Shown here: one piece after another, positions 62,009 to 64,000 of the stretch | Numbering within the stretch: position 1 is the stretch's first letter | How the letters are laid out: each line of letters begins with the position of its first letter | Origin: an uncultured Spirochaetales bacterium | GTDB taxonomy: Bacteria > Myxococcota_A > UBA9160 > UBA6930 | NCBI GenBank assembly: GCA_964460485.1 | Contig: CAYWRY010000002.1 | Location: 4,243-68,242, forward strand | Length of the DNA: 64,000 nucleotides | Direction of reading: 5' to 3' | The notes under the pieces: generated by a model | Database searches by the model: none | Seen by the model: the letters and a program-made list of their open reading frames with translations, nothing else | What the model was told of the DNA's origin: nothing | Program-made: the position numbers and the translations under genes

Positions 62009-64000
62009 ATGAGAAAGGTGGCGATCGCGTTCGGCGTGCTCGGGCTCGCCGCGGTGGTCGGCGCCGTCGTCGTGCGCGAGGCCGGCCTCGGCCGCTTCGG
62101 CGCGCACGAGGAGCCCGGCGTGCCGCGCAAGACGCCGCGCGCCGTCTCGGCGCCGCCCGCGCAGGGCGGCAAGCAGATCCTGTTCGGCGACCTGCACGTG
62201 CACACCACCTTCTCCGACGACGCGTTCAGCTTCAGCCTGCCGATGCTGGGCGGCGAGGGCGCGCACCCGCCGGCGGACGCCTGCGACTTCGCGCGCTTCT
62301 GCTCGGCGCTCGACTTCTGGTCGATCAACGACCATGCGGAGCGCCTGACCCCGCAGCACTGGAACGAGATCGTGAGCTCGGTCCGCCAGTGCAACGACGT
62401 GATCGCCGATCCCGCGAACCCCGACGCCGTCGCGTTCCTCGGCTGGGAGTGGACGCAGATGGGCGACACGCCCGACAACCACTATGGCCACAAGAACGTG
62501 GTGCTCGCCCACACCGACGACGCGCGCATTCCCGCGCGGCCCATCGGCGCCGCGCGGCCCGCTTCGCGAGAGCTCGTCTCCGCGCCGGTGATCGCGCGCG
62601 GCATCGCCGCGCTCAGCGAGGGCGGCCGCTTCCACGACTTCGCGCGCTATCAGGCCGAGGTCGACGCGACGGCCGTCTGCCCGAGCGGCAAGCCCGTGCG
62701 CGAGCTGCCCGCCGACTGCATCGAGCTGGCGGCCACTCCCGCCGAGCTGTTCGCGAAGCTCGACGACTGGGGCCACGACGCGATCGTGATCCCGCACGGC
62801 ACGAGCTGGGGCATGTACACGCCGCCGGGCTCGAAGTGGGACAAGCAGCTCGCCGGCGCGCAGCACGACGAGCGGCGCCAGTCGCTGATCGAGGTGTTCT
62901 CCGGCCACGGCGACTCCGAGGTCTATCGCGACTGGAAGGAGATCGACTGGGACGCGGAGGGGAAGCCCGTGTGCCCGACCGCGCGGCCCGACTACCTGCC
63001 ATCGTGCTGGCGTGCGGGCGAGATCATCCGCGCCCGCTGCGCCGCAGTGGGCGAGGGCGCCGCGGAGTGCGAGAAGCGCGCGGTGGAAGCGCGCGCGCGC
63101 TTCGTCGCCGCGGGGCTCTCGGGCCATCTCACGGTGCCCGGCGCGACGGCGGAGGACTGGCTCGACGCGGGGCAGTGCCGCGACTGCCGCACGCCCGCTT
63201 TCAACTACCGCCCGCGCAGCTCGACGCAGTACATCCTCGCGCTGGGCAACTGGCACGGCGGCGCCGCGCGCCGCTTTCGGCTCGGCCTGATCGCTGCCAG
63301 CGACAATCACTTCGCGCGCCCGGGCACCGGTTACAAGCCGATCCGCCTCGGCCACAGCGAGGCGATGAACGGCGCCGCGCGCCCGCTCGGCGACGGGCTC
63401 GTGGGCCGCTCGATGGCCCCGCCCCCGACCGAACCGCAGCCGAGGTCGGTGCCCTTCGACCCGACCGGCCTGAGCGGCTTTCAGCTGTTCGAGACCGAGC
63501 GCCAGCAGTCCTACCTGACGACCGGCGGCCTCACGGCCGTGCACGCCGAGAGCCGGGACCGGGACGCCATCTGGCGCGCGCTCGGGCGGCGCGAGGTGTA
63601 CGGCACGAGCGGGCACCGCATGCAGCTCTGGTTCGACCTGGTGAACCCGCCAGGCGCGGCGCCGGGCACGGTCGCTCCAATGGGCAGCGAGGTCGCGCTC
63701 GCGGGCGAGCCGATCTTCCGCGTGCGCGCGCTCGGCTCCTTCGAGCAGCAGCCCGGCTGCCCGCACGAGAGCGTCGACGCGCTCGGCCCCGCCGACGTGG
63801 CGCGCTTGTGTCGCGGCGAGTGCCACAACCCGAGCGACGTGCGCCGGCCGATCGCGCGCCTCGAGATCGTGCGCATCCGCCCGCAGCGCGAGCCCGACGA
63901 GCCGGTGGCCCCGCTGATCCAGGATCCGTGGCTCACGATCGCCTGCGCGCCGAGCGCCGCGGGCTGCGAGGCGACGGTCAGCGACCCGGAGTTCGCCCTG
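62009..64000 (+). CDS. DUF3604-family protein, paralog 2 (3' end outside window)
   Basis: Not in the supplied ORF track because it has no stop inside the window. My own translation from ATG 62009 (after GAGGAG) gives MRKVAIAFGVLGL...KQILFGDLHVHTTFSDDA...FLGWEWTQMGDTPDNHYGHKNVV... This is co-linear with 56745..59018 and stays open to position 64000. Confidence 0.85.
   Translation, partial: MRKVAIAFGVLGLAAVVGAVVVREAGLGRFGAHEEPGVPRKTPRAVSAPPAQGGKQILFGDLHVHTTFSDDAFSFSLPMLGGEGAHPPADACDFARFCSALDFWSINDHAERLTPQHWNEIVSSVRQCNDVIADPANPDAVAFLGWEWTQMGDTPDNHYGHKNVVLAHTDDARIPARPIGAARPASRELVSAPVIARGIAALSEGGRFHDFARYQAEVDATAVCPSGKPVRELPADCIELAATPAELFAKLDDWGHDAIVIPHGTSWGMYTPPGSKWDKQLAGAQHDERRQSLIEVFSGHGDSEVYRDWKEIDWDAEGKPVCPTARPDYLPSCWRAGEIIRARCAAVGEGAAECEKRAVEARARFVAAGLSGHLTVPGATAEDWLDAGQCRDCRTPAFNYRPRSSTQYILALGNWHGGAARRFRLGLIAASDNHFARPGTGYKPIRLGHSEAMNGAARPLGDGLVGRSMAPPPTEPQPRSVPFDPTGLSGFQLFETERQQSYLTTGGLTAVHAESRDRDAIWRALGRREVYGTSGHRMQLWFDLVNPPGAAPGTVAPMGSEVALAGEPIFRVRALGSFEQQPGCPHESVDALGPADVARLCRGECHNPSDVRRPIARLEIVRIRPQREPDEPVAPLIQDPWLTIACAPSAAGCEATVSDPEFAL

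Overview
This is a high-GC (about 70%) bacterial chromosomal segment that is densely coding. I call about 57 CDS. I recognised no rRNA or tRNA genes, no transposase, integrase or phage genes, and no CRISPR array.

Because of the GC content, the six-frame track is full of long Arg/Ala/Pro-rich antisense 'shadow' ORFs and multi-gene read-through ORFs. I chose real genes by recognisable family motifs, by Shine-Dalgarno sites, and by the very frequent ATGA/GTGA/TGATG stop-start overlaps. All family assignments rest on motif recognition by eye, with no database search, and many start codons are uncertain.

Gene blocks, in order:
- mreBCD-mrdA-rodA (1-5610)
- trxA and a macro-domain gene
- a translationally coupled heme operon: ccsA/hemX-like, hemA, hemC, a cobA-hemD fusion and hemB (6896-12411)
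- housekeeping genes: LLM oxidoreductases, CBS, USP, lpxD, rnhB, truD, cysK, tetR, polA, an ECF sigma module and pdxH
- a polyamine uptake/catabolism island: potA, two GNAT-like paralogs, a PuuB-like oxidase, a SpuC-like aminotransferase, an HDAC-like deacetylase and potCDB (28263-38438)
- a ba3-like heme-copper oxidoreductase operon with SCO1/SenC (38457-41889)
- a divergent cytochrome b / 2x[4Fe-4S] / MvhD-like fusion gene (42028-43731)
- two further ECF sigma/anti-sigma modules
- SDR, a double CoA-transferase, and a hypothetical-AraC-VOC-cupin operon
- a TAT-exported sugar-phosphate isomerase-like protein and a degenerate GGDEF protein
- a DUF3604 / TonB-dependent receptor / DUF3604 cluster that runs off the window end

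Most interesting observations:
1. The oxidase catalytic subunit keeps all six metal-ligand histidines but has GHSSQQ where B-family oxidases have GHPxVY. It therefore has no cross-link tyrosine, which makes it a candidate NO-reductase-type enzyme.
2. An unusual cytochrome b-ferredoxin-MvhD fusion lies next to that operon.
3. Two homologous ~165-bp intergenic hairpin elements (20245-20414 and 32052-32214) have perfect 26/25-bp outer stems. The stem sequences differ between the copies, but the differences are mirrored on both arms. This looks like covariation.
4. A small family of intergenic repeats includes a 45-bp tandem repeat.
5. The polyamine island suggests an acetyl-protected analogue of the Puu pathway.
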